The position numbers and the translations under genes were made by a program. A stretch of 64,000 bases of DNA. Source: Alphaproteobacteria bacterium (GTDB lineage: Bacteria > Pseudomonadota > Alphaproteobacteria > UBA828). The DNA lies in the NCBI GenBank assembly GCA_965214705.1, contig OZ243972.1, forward strand, positions 608,001 through 672,000, in the 5' to 3' direction. Positions 47,980-60,921 of this stretch are shown one piece after another; positions within the stretch are counted from its first letter, which is position 1, and every line of letters starts with the position of its first letter. The notes under the pieces were generated by a model. It searched no databases and was not told the origin of the DNA. It worked only from the letters and a program-made list of their open reading frames with translations.

Positions 47980-48804
47980 ATGGAGACTTCTCTTCAGGGC
48001 CGCCGCGCCCTGGTTACCGGGGCGGGAAGCGGCATCGGTGCCGCCATCGCCGAGGCCCTCGCGCGCGAGGGGGCGCATGTGGCGATTCACGCGCGCAGCG
48101 AAGAGCGCGCCCGACCGACCGTCGATGCGATCGAGGCGGCGGGAGGCCGCGCGTTCGCCGCCACGGCCGACCTCCGCGACCGCGCGGCTATCGCCCCGAT
48201 GTGTGATACCGCTGTCGAGCGGCTCGGTGGGCTCGATATCCTGGTCAACAACGCGGGCACCTTCGTCCGCAAGCAGGTGGGCGAGATGGACCTTGCGAGC
48301 TGGGACGCCATGGTCGAGATCAACCTCACCGCCCCCTATCTGGTGACCCAGGCCGCGCTGCCTGCAATCACGGCGTCGGAGGCGGGCGCATCCATCATCT
48401 TCATCTCCTCGATCGGTGCGGGCGCTTTTTCCTCGGGCTGGGGCGCCTACGCGATGACCAAGAACGGCCTTATCGCCTTCATGCGCTGCCTCGCGGACGA
48501 GCTCGGCGGCGACGGCGTCCGCGTCAACGCCATCTGCCCCGGCTGGGTCGAGACCAGGATGGCGCAGGACACCCACCGGAGCATCGCGGCGGATCTCGGC
48601 GTCGACTACGAGACCTTCTACGCGGAGAACATGCGCGCCAACATGTTGGGCGCGCTGGTGACCCCCGACAGCGTCGCCGACATCGCCGTCTTCCTCGCGA
48701 GCGATTGCAGCCGCCACATCACGGCGCAAGAGCATACCGTTTGCGGGGGCTGCAGCCCCGGCAACAACGCCAAGCCGGCCGAGGAGACCGAGGCGTCCGA
48801 ATAA
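47980..48804 (+). CDS. SDR-family oxidoreductase
   Basis: TGAGSGIG, NNAG, YAMTK, NAICPGWVET. Confidence 0.93.
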   Translation: METSLQGRRALVTGAGSGIGAAIAEALAREGAHVAIHARSEERARPTVDAIEAAGGRAFAATADLRDRAAIAPMCDTAVERLGGLDILVNNAGTFVRKQVGEMDLASWDAMVEINLTAPYLVTQAALPAITASEAGASIIFISSIGAGAFSSGWGAYAMTKNGLIAFMRCLADELGGDGVRVNAICPGWVETRMAQDTHRSIAADLGVDYETFYAENMRANMLGALVTPDSVADIAVFLASDCSRHITAQEHTVCGGCSPGNNAKPAEETEASE

Positions 48805-48895
48805 GCACGGCACCGGCGACTCTGGGGCTGGAGGGGCGGGCTGGTGAGTGGCCCCACGCCCACCTCTCCCTGTGCTTGGGGGTTCGCTGCAAGTT

Positions 48896-48933
48896 AAGGA
48901 TTGAGCAGGTTCCATGGAGCCTGCTCAATCCTT
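48896..48933. repeat. Palindrome with perfect 14-bp arms (terminator or REP-like)
   Basis: AAGGATTGAGCAGG-N10-CCTGCTCAATCCTT. Confidence 0.6.
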
Positions 48934-49391
48934 CAAGAGATTGCTCCCCTGCCGATGATCCGCTTTCACATGCGGACTACGAAGGACCTACCTGAATGCG
49001 TCGATTTGATCGCCCTCAAGGATTTGCTCGTAGACAGCTCCTCTTGTCCCGTCTTCCCATAGCTGTTGATATCTTCTCTCTCCCAACGAGACGAGCTTGT
49101 TGCAAAACACCGTTTGCCCGAATTTCTGCCTCATTTCAGGTAGTGTATCAGTTTAACTTTTCTGCGTGACTTTACCGGGACCTACCGCACTTGCGGCTCG
49201 TATCGGCGTTTCCACGGCTGAACCCCGCGCGCCACCAGATTCACAGATTCACGCGATATTCATAGAATAAACATAGGAAAGCCCCACATATATATGGATA
49301 CGTCACATAATACCTCCCTCATTGTGTATAATATCGGCGGTTCAGGTGAGTCGAAGCCAAAACCTGTGGCCAACGCGCAGGCGAGCCTCAC

Positions 49392-49772
49392 ATGCAACGT
49401 CCCATCGCCATTATGCTCGCTTTTGTCCTATTCGCCTTCTTAGCGACCGACGCGCTGGCCCACGGTGGAGGTCTGGATCGCTACGGGTGTCACCGGGAAA
49501 CGGCTACTGGTGGCTACCACTGCCACAATGACGAAGAGGAGGTTGATTGGGGTTTGGTAGCTGGAGTTGTAGGCGGTCTGATTACCCTAGTTTTCGTCCT
49601 TCGCTGGCTTCAGCCTGACAACCCGACCTATGGACTCCAGCTTTCCGTTGACGCTGATGGCACCACCGACATTGGCTACCCCATCGGGAATTCGCACCAG
49701 ATAGGCATACGCTCGATACCCTCTACTGAGGGCGACAATACGGCGCTCACCTACTGGCGGCTGCGGTTTTGA
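49392..49772 (+). CDS. YHYH-domain exported/membrane protein
   Basis: Signal peptide, AHGGGLDRYGCH...GGYHCH, one TM segment, C-terminal Phe. Confidence 0.8.
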   Translation: MQRPIAIMLAFVLFAFLATDALAHGGGLDRYGCHRETATGGYHCHNDEEEVDWGLVAGVVGGLITLVFVLRWLQPDNPTYGLQLSVDADGTTDIGYPIGNSHQIGIRSIPSTEGDNTALTYWRLRF

Positions 49773-49801
49773 TTCAATGAAATGACCTCCAAATCCATAA
49801 T

Positions 49802-51475
49802 CCTAAATCCCGCAGTTGGTTTCGGGGCCGATCACGAAAAAGCCTTGTAGGCTAGGGGCATGAGCGAATCGAAACAGGCCCTTGAGGCTCACCCTGCGGG
49901 TGATGGTCCCAGCACTGCGCGGGAGCTCGCCCGAGAGGCCGTGAAGGTGGACACCTTCGGCGGCACCGTCCACGTCGAATGGGACCCGGATGCGGCGGCC
50001 ACACCGCTGGGTCATCTGGTGTTCTTCGCCGAATACCTGAAAGTCAGCGGCCGCTTCGACGCGCTGGTGGCGGACTGCCCGCTGCACTACACGAGCCCGA
50101 ACGCGCCCTCGAAGCGGGACGTGCTGGGGACGGTGATGCTGTCGGCCCTCGCAGGACACTGGCGCTACGCGCACATCACGGCGCTGCGCGGCGACGGCGT
50201 CAATCCGTCGCTGTTGGGCATGACCAAGGTGGCGAGCGAGGACTCGGTTCGGCGCGGCCTGGGACGGATCGACGCGGAGGACGGCGCTTCCTGGCTGCAC
50301 GGCCATCTCGACGACACGGCGCGGCCCTTGCTGAGCGAGCCGTGGGTTCTGGATTGCGACACAACGATCAAGCCGCTCTACGGCCACCAGGAGGGGGCTG
50401 TGGTGAGCTACAACCCGAAGAAGCCGGGCCGTCCGTCGCATGCCTACCATGCGTTCCTGATGGCGGGCACGCGCCTTGTTCTGGACGTCGATGTCGCGCC
50501 CGGGAACCGTCACCACTCGAAGAACGCGGCGCCTTCGCTGTGGGCCTTGCTCGACCGCCTCGGCCGTGAGAACTGGCCGCGGCTCGTACGGGGCGACAAG
50601 GACTGGGGCAACGAGGGCAACATGGCGTCGTGCGAGGGGGCGGGTCTCGACTATCTGTTCAAGCTGCGCCTGACCAAGGGCGCGCGCCGGCTTGCCGAGT
50701 GCCTGATGACGCGGGACGAGTGGACGGACGCGGGCCCGGGCTGGTCGGGGATCGAGGCCGAGCTTCGCTTGCATGGCTGGAGCCGGACGCGTCGCGTGGT
50801 GGTGCTGCGCCGTCGGCTTCCCGGGACGGTGGCGCTGACGCGCGCAGACGACGGTCAGGGCGATCTCTTCTGGGCCGACGCGCAGCCTGGCACCAAGGTG
50901 TGGGAGTTTGCGGTTCTGGCGACGTCTCTGGATCTGGAGGTTCTCTCGATCGCCCAGCTCTACCGGGATCGGGCGGACGCGGAGAACGGCTTCGACGAGT
51001 TGAAGAACCAGTGGGGCTGGGGCGGCTTCACCACGCGAGACCTGAAGCGCTGCCAGCACATGGCCCGGCTGATCGCGCTCATTTACAATTGGTGGAGCCT
51101 GTTCGTGCGCTTGGCGGACCCCGATCACCACCGCGAGGCGATCACCAGCCGACCGCTCCTGCTGCATGGGGTTGCCCGCCAGACCCATCACGCCGGTCAA
51201 ACCCGGCTGACGGTGACGTCGAGCCACGGGCGGCGGGGGGCCGTGGTCGCGGCGTTGCGGCGGATCACCGGCTTCTTCCAGACTCTGCTGACAAGTGCGG
51301 AGCAGTTGAGCGCTGAGGATCGCTGGCGCCGGATCCTGGCGGAAGCGCTGAAGAAGTACCTCCGGGGCCGCCAGCCGGGTCGCCAGCCCTGGATTCCACC
51401 GCCTCGGCCTGCGCTGGCAGGCTGAAATTGAGCCCGGAAATCGACCGATCATCGCCCCCAACTGCGGGATTTAGG
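49802..51475 (+). mobile_element. Complete IS1380-family element
   Basis: IRs CCTAAATCCCGCAGTTGG; 5-bp TSD ATAAT (49797-49801, 51476-51480). Confidence 0.9.
49860..51425 (+). CDS. IS1380-family DDE transposase
   Basis: LDCDTT.KPLYGHQEG, RGD..WG, YRDRADAENGFDELKNQWG. Confidence 0.9.
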   Translation: MSESKQALEAHPAGDGPSTARELAREAVKVDTFGGTVHVEWDPDAAATPLGHLVFFAEYLKVSGRFDALVADCPLHYTSPNAPSKRDVLGTVMLSALAGHWRYAHITALRGDGVNPSLLGMTKVASEDSVRRGLGRIDAEDGASWLHGHLDDTARPLLSEPWVLDCDTTIKPLYGHQEGAVVSYNPKKPGRPSHAYHAFLMAGTRLVLDVDVAPGNRHHSKNAAPSLWALLDRLGRENWPRLVRGDKDWGNEGNMASCEGAGLDYLFKLRLTKGARRLAECLMTRDEWTDAGPGWSGIEAELRLHGWSRTRRVVVLRRRLPGTVALTRADDGQGDLFWADAQPGTKVWEFAVLATSLDLEVLSIAQLYRDRADAENGFDELKNQWGWGGFTTRDLKRCQHMARLIALIYNWWSLFVRLADPDHHREAITSRPLLLHGVARQTHHAGQTRLTVTSSHGRRGAVVAALRRITGFFQTLLTSAEQLSAEDRWRRILAEALKKYLRGRQPGRQPWIPPPRPALAG

Positions 51476-51594
51476 ATAATGGCTCGCCAGAGCGGCAACC
51501 CCTTACGGACCGCGCGGAGCATTTAGCCTCTTCGTTGACACGCTCTGCCCCATATGCTCCGGTTGGGTACGGTCATCTAGCGGGGACAGACACC

Positions 51595-51744
51595 ATGAGA
51601 TTTGTGATCATCGGGCTCGCGGCCATCGTGCTTCTGGCGGTCAGCGTATCGCACGGCCCGGCTTTCTCTCACTCTGGCGGCACGGATTCCTATGGTTGCC
51701 ACCACAACTGGGCCAATGGCAGCGGCGCTTACCACTGCCACTAA
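51595..51744 (+). CDS. Small YHYH-domain secreted peptide (49 aa)
   Basis: Signal peptide then SHSGGTDSYGCH...AYHCH*. Confidence 0.75.
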   Translation: MRFVIIGLAAIVLLAVSVSHGPAFSHSGGTDSYGCHHNWANGSGAYHCH

Positions 51745-51785
51745 TCGGGTTACCGGCGCCTCCACCGCCCGGCACCTCCTATCAC

Positions 51786-52817
51786 CTAAGTTGAGATCAT
51801 CTTCTTCTCGATTCCGACACCTGCCGCGATCGCGCGCTCGTATTCGAGCGGCAAAGTCGCGGAATCCTGAAGCGCGATTCCCGTCGAATCGAACAGCGTG
51901 ACCTCGTCCGCCGAGGTTCGACCGGGGATCTTGCCCGTGATCACCTCGCCGATATCGCCGGCGACATCACTCTCCCGAAGCTCGCCCCTGGTCAGCGGCA
52001 CGTTGATCTCGCCGTCGGTGATGCACTGGCGCATGTCGTCGACGATGATCCGCGAGCGGCGCAGGATTTCGACATCGAGCTCCTGCGTGCCCGCGAGACC
52101 GCCGCCGAGGGCCGCGATATGCATGCCGTCTTCGATCAGCTCGTTGCCGAGGACCGGCGTTTCGCCCGTCGTCCCGGTGACGATGACATCGGCGCCCGGC
52201 ACCACGTCTTCGAGAACGGTGGAGGGCTTGATCGCGAGGTCGGGGTGCTGCGGCTGCTCGGCCGCCATGAACGCATCCAGCGTCGCCTGGGTCCGGCTCC
52301 AGACCCGCACCTCCTTCCACTCATGCGTGGCCACGCAGGTGCGGAAGGCGCCGGTGTTCACATCGCCGGCCCCGACCAGCGCCAGAACCGAGGAGTCTTC
52401 GCGCGCCATCCACTTCACGGAGACCGCGCCGGACGCGCCGGTGCGCATCAGGGTGTGATGGGTGCCGTCCACGATAGCCAGTGGAAAGCCGGTCTCGGGC
52501 TCGGTGTAGATCAGGATCGAGAACACGGTGGGAAGATTGAACTTCGCACGGTTCTCGAAGCGGATGGAGACCCACTTGCACGCAGCCGCGGCGGGTGCGG
52601 CCTCCGGCTCCTCGATGTAGGACGGCATGATCTCCCACTCGCCCGGATACTCGTCGAGCACGATATGGCCCTTGGGCTCCATGTAGACCCGCCCCTCGCC
52701 CATGCGCCGGAACGCGGTCTCCACGCAGCGGACGTACTCTTCGGGCTCCAGCAGGCCGATCATTTCGCTGCGGCTGAGAATCAGGGTCTTGCGATTGCGC
52801 CAGCTTGTGTCCGCCAT
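51786..52817 (-). CDS. Ornithine cyclodeaminase / mu-crystallin family protein
   Basis: CKWVS, MRTGASGA, FDSTGIALQD. Confidence 0.88.
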   Translation of the reverse strand: MADTSWRNRKTLILSRSEMIGLLEPEEYVRCVETAFRRMGEGRVYMEPKGHIVLDEYPGEWEIMPSYIEEPEAAPAAAACKWVSIRFENRAKFNLPTVFSILIYTEPETGFPLAIVDGTHHTLMRTGASGAVSVKWMAREDSSVLALVGAGDVNTGAFRTCVATHEWKEVRVWSRTQATLDAFMAAEQPQHPDLAIKPSTVLEDVVPGADVIVTGTTGETPVLGNELIEDGMHIAALGGGLAGTQELDVEILRRSRIIVDDMRQCITDGEINVPLTRGELRESDVAGDIGEVITGKIPGRTSADEVTLFDSTGIALQDSATLPLEYERAIAAGVGIEKKMIST

Positions 52818-52971
52818 GGCTTGCCTGCTCCTTTCTCGGCTCTCTTCCTCGGGTAGGGTTCCGGTCACTATACGGTCAACCGCGCGCGAAGGCCGTGGGA
52901 AGAGCCGGCAGGACGCGCTATAACCTGCCGAGGGTCGGGCGTGAGCCGGCCCGTGGGCTGCGAGGACCGCC

Positions 52972-53166
52972 ATGCTGGCCGAGATTCTCGAAATCGTCGT
53001 CTACGTCCTGATGGGCGCGGTCGTGGTCGCGCTCGTTCTCGGGCTCGGCGCCATGTATTCCGGCGGCAAGAACAGCAAGAGCAATCTCTTCATGCGCTGG
53101 CGGGTCGGGCTCCAGTTCGCGGCGATCGCGCTGCTCGCGCTCCTGGTGTTCGTCGTCCAGAAGTAG
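52972..53166 (+). CDS. HIG1-domain twin transmembrane small protein
   Basis: SNLFMRWRVGLQFAAI between two TM helices; usual neighbour of pduO in Alphaproteobacteria. Confidence 0.85.
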   Translation: MLAEILEIVVYVLMGAVVVALVLGLGAMYSGGKNSKSNLFMRWRVGLQFAAIALLALLVFVVQK

Positions 53167-53169
53167 GCA

Positions 53170-53724
53170 GTGGTCCGCCTCACCAAGATATATACCCGCG
53201 GCGGCGATGCGGGCGAGACCTCGCTCGGCGGCGGCGCGCGGGTGAAGAAGCACGACGCCCGCGTCGAGGCTTACGGCACGGTGGACGAGGCGAATGCTGC
53301 GATCGGCCTCGCGCGGCTGGAGACCGACGGCGAGGCGGATGCGATGCTGGAGCGCATCCAGAACGACCTCTTCGACCTCGGCGCGGACCTCTGCCGGCCC
53401 GGATCACTCGACGAGGGCCTGCGCATCGTCCAGTCGCAGATCGACCGGCTCGAGGGCGAGATCGACGCGCTCAACGAGCGCCTCAAGCCGCTCGAATCCT
53501 TCGTCCTGCCGGGCGGCGCGCGCGCGGCGGCGGCCCTACATCTCGCGCGCACGGTGGTCCGCCGCGCCGAGCGCCTGATCACGGCGCTGGCGGAAACCGA
53601 GCCGGTCAATCCGCTGGCGGTAATCTACGCCAACCGGCTCTCCGACCACCTGTTCGTACTCGCCCGCCACCTCAACGACGACGGCACGACCGACACGCTC
53701 TGGGTCCCCGGCGCCAACCGGTAG
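53170..53724 (+). CDS. pduO: Cob(I)alamin adenosyltransferase, PduO type
   Basis: KIYTRGGDAGETSL, AYGTVDEAN, ARTVVRRAER, NRLSDHLF. Confidence 0.93.
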   Translation: MVRLTKIYTRGGDAGETSLGGGARVKKHDARVEAYGTVDEANAAIGLARLETDGEADAMLERIQNDLFDLGADLCRPGSLDEGLRIVQSQIDRLEGEIDALNERLKPLESFVLPGGARAAAALHLARTVVRRAERLITALAETEPVNPLAVIYANRLSDHLFVLARHLNDDGTTDTLWVPGANR

Positions 53725-53744
53725 GGAGCACCAGAACGGCGCAA

Positions 53745-53907
53745 AGCCCCCGAGATCATGCGCTCGCGGCCGCTATTCAGGAGGGCCTTGAGAGCGGCGT
53801 GAGCGACAGGACCGTGCCCGACATCATGGAAGACGTCGAAGCACGGCTTCGCGCCGACGGCCGCTTACAGGATGATACGGAAGGCGGTTGACTATCTCGA
53901 TAGGTAA
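53745..53907 (+). pseudogene. ParD/ParE toxin-antitoxin junction remnant
   Basis: AIQEGLESGVSDRTVPDIMEDVEARLRADG (ParD-like C-terminus) overlapping AAYRMIRKAVDYLDR* (ParE-like N-terminus). Confidence 0.55.
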
Positions 53908-53919
53908 GGAGGCAGCTGG

Positions 53920-56814
<2,895 letters not shown>

Positions 56815-56902
56815 CGCGGTCGTTCCTTCCCTGTCGGCGGGCGTCGGCTTATGGGTGCCGCGTCCCGCAAGCGCCTTGTCGTCGCCCCTGCAGGCGACGC
56901 GG

Positions 56903-57286
56903 TTAGTCGTCGCCGAGCCCGCTGACGTAGTCGGCGTAGGCCGCTTCGTCCATCAGCCCGTCCAGCTCGCCGGGCGCGCTGAGCCGGAGCTTGAGGAACC
57001 AGCCCTCGCCGGTGGGCTCGCCGTTCACCAGTGCGGGGTCATCCTCCAGCGCCTGGTTGACCTCGACCACCTCGCCCGAGACCGGCGCATAGACCTCGCT
57101 CGCCGCCTTGACCGATTCGACCACGGCCGCCTCCTCGTTCTGGGCGACCGTCCGGCCCACCTCCGGCAGCTCGACGTAGACCACGTCGCCGAGCTGATCC
57201 TGCGCGTAGTCCGAGATACCGACGGTGCCGATGTCACCCTCGACCCGCACCCATTCGTGGTCCTTGCTGTACTTGAGCCCGCTCAT
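56903..57286 (-). CDS. gcvH: Glycine cleavage system H protein
   Basis: [22 protein letters not shown] lipoyl motif. Confidence 0.97.
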   Translation of the reverse strand: MSGLKYSKDHEWVRVEGDIGTVGISDYAQDQLGDVVYVELPEVGRTVAQNEEAAVVESVKAASEVYAPVSGEVVEVNQALEDDPALVNGEPTGEGWFLKLRLSAPGELDGLMDEAAYADYVSGLGDD

Positions 57287-57299
57287 GGAATCCTCCGGC

Positions 57300-58418
57300 T
57301 CAGCCTCGATGATAGTTGTGGGGGACGAACGGCAGCTTGACGATGGTCGCCGGCCGGGGCTTGCCCCGCACCAGCAGCGACACCGGTCTGCCGGTCTCGG
57401 CGGACTCGGCCGCAACGTAGCCCATGGCGACCGGCCCACCTGCGCTCGGCCCGAAGCCGCCGCTGGTGACGATGCCGATTTCGTCGCCGTCCGCGTTCAG
57501 AATCGCCGTGCCCTCCCGCGCCGGGGCCCGGCCATCGGGCAGGATGCCGACGCGCCGGCGCCGGGGGCCCTCCGCCAGCTCATGCTGAATGCGCGGGGCG
57601 CCGGGGAAGCCGCCCTCCTGCCGGCGGCGCTTGCCGATGGACCACGCAAGCCCAGCCTGGACAGGCGAGGTGGTCTCGTCGATGTCGTGACCGTAGAGGC
57701 AGAGCCCCGCCTCCAGGCGAAGCGAATCGCGGGCGCCGAGCCCCACCGGCTCGACCTCGGGCTCGGCGATGAGCCGCCGCCAGAACGCCGCCGTCTCGTT
57801 TGCGGGCAACGATACCTCGAAGCCGTCCTCGCCGGTGTAGCCCGAGCGCGAGATCAGCGCGTCCACGCCGCCGATGGTGAACCAGCCGGCGGTCATGAAG
57901 CCGAGCCCGGCGCATCCCGGTGCATGGCGCTCGAGCACCGCCGCCGCCTTCGGCCCCTGCAGCGCGACGAGGCCGCGGTCGGCGAGCACCGTCATGTCAA
58001 CGCCGGCATCGAGCCGGCGTTCGAGATGGGCGATGTCCGTGTCCTTACAGGCCGCGTTTACCACCAAAAGGAGCCCGTCGTCGGTGCGGGTGGCGAGCAG
58101 GTCGTCGAGGATGCCGCCGTCCTCGTTGGTGAACTGGGTGTAGCGCATGGCCCAGGGCGCGAGGCCCGCGATATCCCCCGGCACGAGGCGCTCGAGTGCC
58201 GCAACCGCGCCGTCGCCAGTGAGCCGCAGCTGGCCCATGTGCGAGACGTCGAAGAGGCCGGCGGCGGTCCGCGTGTGCGTGTGCTCCGCCATGATGCCGG
58301 CCGGATAGCGCACCGGCATGGCATAGCCGGCGAATGGCACCAGCGTGGCGCCGAGGGCACGGTGCTCGACGAATAGCGGCGTTCGGGCGAGGGCGTCGGT
58401 GCCGGCGTCGTCGCTCAT
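57300..58418 (-). CDS. gcvT: Glycine cleavage aminomethyltransferase T
   Basis: [31 protein letters not shown]. Confidence 0.97.
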   Translation of the reverse strand: MSDDAGTDALARTPLFVEHRALGATLVPFAGYAMPVRYPAGIMAEHTHTRTAAGLFDVSHMGQLRLTGDGAVAALERLVPGDIAGLAPWAMRYTQFTNEDGGILDDLLATRTDDGLLLVVNAACKDTDIAHLERRLDAGVDMTVLADRGLVALQGPKAAAVLERHAPGCAGLGFMTAGWFTIGGVDALISRSGYTGEDGFEVSLPANETAAFWRRLIAEPEVEPVGLGARDSLRLEAGLCLYGHDIDETTSPVQAGLAWSIGKRRRQEGGFPGAPRIQHELAEGPRRRRVGILPDGRAPAREGTAILNADGDEIGIVTSGGFGPSAGGPVAMGYVAAESAETGRPVSLLVRGKPRPATIVKLPFVPHNYHRG

Positions 58419-58475
58419 GGCATCTCCCAGGCAAACAAAGGCGTCCGTCAACGATCCCGTGCGGGATCGTCCGGT

Positions 58476-58678
58476 GCCCCCTCTGTCTCGGAACCTGAGA
58501 GATTAACCGGGCGGCCGATTGCTCGGCGCCGGCTTACCCCGTCGGTGAGGCGGCGTGGCGTGCGCCGCCTGCTTTCCAGAGTTGCATCCCCCCGCGGTCC
58601 CTGGTGCCTGAGAGTTTCCGGGACGCTTGCTCCTTCGGCGCCGCGTGGCCGGGCCACGCGAACTCTCCCGCGGGGTTC
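58476..58678 (-). promoter_or_regulatory. Tandem glycine riboswitch
   Basis: Two aptamers upstream of gcvT: GGGAGAG...CGCCGAAGGAGCAA...AAACTCTCAGGC and CTCTGGAAAG...CACCGACGGGGTAA...AATCTCTCAGGT...ACAGAG. Confidence 0.95.
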
Positions 58679-58766
58679 ATCTGCAAGACCGGTGCGGCAA
58701 TACTACTGACTTAGCCGCGGCGGTCAACAGCGGTCGGACCATTGGCATGGAGAGGAAGAAATCGGG

Positions 58767-58795
58767 CGGGGCCGCCCCATCGAGAGGCGGCCCCG
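58767..58795 (-). terminator. GC-rich hairpin downstream of phoX
   Basis: CGGGGCCGCC-N9-GGCGGCCCCG followed by TTTCTT on the minus strand. Confidence 0.55.
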
Positions 58796-58813
58796 AAACG
58801 GCAGAGCGATCGG

Positions 58814-60727
58814 TCAGCCGATCGGGCCGCCGTCGTCGTGGGTGATCGCCACCACGGACGAGCGCGGCGCGGCATCGCCACCCTCGGGGAAATGGCTGTC
58901 CCCCTTCTCGCCAGGATGCTGGATGCCGATGAACATGGTCTTGCGGTCGGCGCTCCAGGTGATGCCGGTGACCTCGCATTCCCTGGGGCCCACGAGGAAG
59001 CGACGAATCTCGCCGGTGGCAGGATCGCCGAGCAGCATCATGTTGTTGCCCTGGCCGGCGAAATCGCCTTCGTTGGAGTACTTGCCATCGGTCTGGATCC
59101 AGAGGCGGCCTCGGCTGTCGAAGGCGATGCCGTCCGGCGAGTTGAACATGTTGTCGGCGTTCACATTGGCGGAGCCCGCACGCGCGTCGGCGTGGACCGT
59201 CGGGTTGCCGGCGATGACGTAGAGGTCCCAGGCGAAGGTATCGGCCGCGTGGTCGCCGCCGCCGGGCGTCCATCGCACGATCTGGCCGTACTTGTTCCGC
59301 TCCCTCGGGTTGGGGCCGCCGACCGGCGTCAGGTCGCCGCCCGCGTTGGGCTTGACGCCGCGGTTCTTGTTGTTGGTGAGGCAGCAGTATGCTTCGACCT
59401 TGTTCGGGTTGGCCGCCACCCACTCAGGTCGGTCCATGGTGGTGGCGCCCACTGTCGATGCCGCCTGGCGGGTGTGGATGCAGACCTCGGCCTGGGACGC
59501 CATGCCCGTGGTCTCAGGCGTGAGCGCGAGCCACGTGCCGGTGCCGTCCTCCGCGAACTTGGCGACGGAAAGCGAGCCGCTTTCCAGCAGGTCGCCATTG
59601 TCGCCGCCTTCGGCATAGACGCCATCGCTCACGAAGCGGTAGAGGAATTCGCCCCGCTCATCGTCGCCGAGATAGACGACGACCCGGCCGTCGGCGGCGA
59701 GCGTCACCTCCGCGTTCTCGTGCTTGAAGCGGCCGAGCGCCGTGCGCTTCTTCGGCGTGGCCGCGGGATCGAGCGGGTCGATCTCCACCACGTAGCCGGC
59801 GCGGTGCGGCTCGTTGGGGTGCTTGGAGACGTCGAAGCGCTCATCCGTCATAGCCCAGGCATATCCGCGGTCTTCCGCCTTGATGCCGTAGCGCTTGAAG
59901 CCTGCAGGCAGCACGAAGTCGGGATCGCTGGACGAAAAGTAGCCGTTGAAGTTCTCCTCGCAGGCAAGATAGGTGCCCCAGGGTGTGCGCCCGTTGCCGC
60001 AGTTGTTCCAGGTGCCAAGCGCGGTGATGCCGTCGGGGTCGGCGGCGGTCTTCACCAGGTCGTGGCCGCGCGCGGGTCCGGTGATTTCCATTGGCGTGTC
60101 CGGCGTGATGCGGCGGTTGTAGGGTGAATCCTGGATGATCCCCCAGGCACCGTCGTCTTGCGCGATCTCGACGACGGAGACACCGTGGCCGGCCTTGCAC
60201 TTGCGCACGTCGTCCTCGGTCTCCGGCTTCCCCGACTCGCGGTTGGCGAACATGATGCCGAGGTTCACGTACTCGTTGTTCGCGGTGAGCACGCTCTTCT
60301 CGCCGTCGGAGAAGAGCGCCATTCCGTCGCAGTTGTCGCCGAAGGCCATCTCCTGGCTCTCGCCGGTGCCGCGCGTTGCATGGTCGAACGTGGCGCCGTT
60401 CGACCAGAGCGGGTCGCCCCAGCGGGCCACAACCTGCCAGCTGTAGCCGTCCGGCAGGGTGACCGTGTCGAGGCCGTTGGCGGCGACCGGCGTGAAGTCG
60501 AGGCCCGCCGCCCCGGCATGAGCCAGAGGCACCACCATGCCGCCGGCGCCCAGGACGAACGCGCTCACGCCGAATGCAGCGCCACCTTCCAGAAAGCCGC
60601 GCCGCGAGATCGCTCGCTCGGCGAGCCGCTCGAAGTCGGTTGGTAAGGCGTGCCGGTCGATCATGTCGCCGGGATCGTTCTGTGAGACCGCGTCGCGCGC
60701 GGCCACCGCGTCATCGCGCATGTCCAT
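58814..60727 (-). CDS. phoX: PhoX alkaline phosphatase (Tat-exported)
   Basis: SRRGFL Tat motif; NNCGNGRTPWGTYLACEEN, GRFKHE, MDRPEW, SPDG, QHPG. Confidence 0.95.
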   Translation of the reverse strand: MDMRDDAVAARDAVSQNDPGDMIDRHALPTDFERLAERAISRRGFLEGGAAFGVSAFVLGAGGMVVPLAHAGAAGLDFTPVAANGLDTVTLPDGYSWQVVARWGDPLWSNGATFDHATRGTGESQEMAFGDNCDGMALFSDGEKSVLTANNEYVNLGIMFANRESGKPETEDDVRKCKAGHGVSVVEIAQDDGAWGIIQDSPYNRRITPDTPMEITGPARGHDLVKTAADPDGITALGTWNNCGNGRTPWGTYLACEENFNGYFSSSDPDFVLPAGFKRYGIKAEDRGYAWAMTDERFDVSKHPNEPHRAGYVVEIDPLDPAATPKKRTALGRFKHENAEVTLAADGRVVVYLGDDERGEFLYRFVSDGVYAEGGDNGDLLESGSLSVAKFAEDGTGTWLALTPETTGMASQAEVCIHTRQAASTVGATTMDRPEWVAANPNKVEAYCCLTNNKNRGVKPNAGGDLTPVGGPNPRERNKYGQIVRWTPGGGDHAADTFAWDLYVIAGNPTVHADARAGSANVNADNMFNSPDGIAFDSRGRLWIQTDGKYSNEGDFAGQGNNMMLLGDPATGEIRRFLVGPRECEVTGITWSADRKTMFIGIQHPGEKGDSHFPEGGDAAPRSSVVAITHDDGGPIG

Positions 60728-60829
60728 CTCCCGTGGTCGAAGTGTGGTTCTGCACCGAAACCCGCACCGCCCTTCCAGCGCTGCAGATGTAACCGGGGAT
60801 AGCGCCAGCCGGTTACGGCCCGTCGTAAC

Positions 60830-60851
60830 TCGTGTGACAGTCTCGTGACGC
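60830..60851 (-). promoter_or_regulatory. Putative Pho box
   Basis: GTCAC repeats with 11-bp spacing (CGTCACGAGACTGTCACA) about 105-125 bp upstream of phoX. Confidence 0.6.
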
Positions 60852-60883
60852 CGCGCGGCGCAGGCCGATGGCCCGGCCCGACG

Positions 60884-60907
60884 GCGCTCCCTTCGGGAAG
60901 GGAGCGC
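60884..60907. terminator. Hairpin after the Mo-hydroxylase operon
   Basis: GCGCTCCCTT-CGGG-AAGGGAGCGC. Confidence 0.55.
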
Positions 60908-60921
60908 TTTGCGAGTCTTCC

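Noticed and set aside
48985-49135. 48-codon minus-strand ORF (MRQKFGQTVF...)
   Set aside because: Short, no recognisable motif; cannot be supported as a gene.
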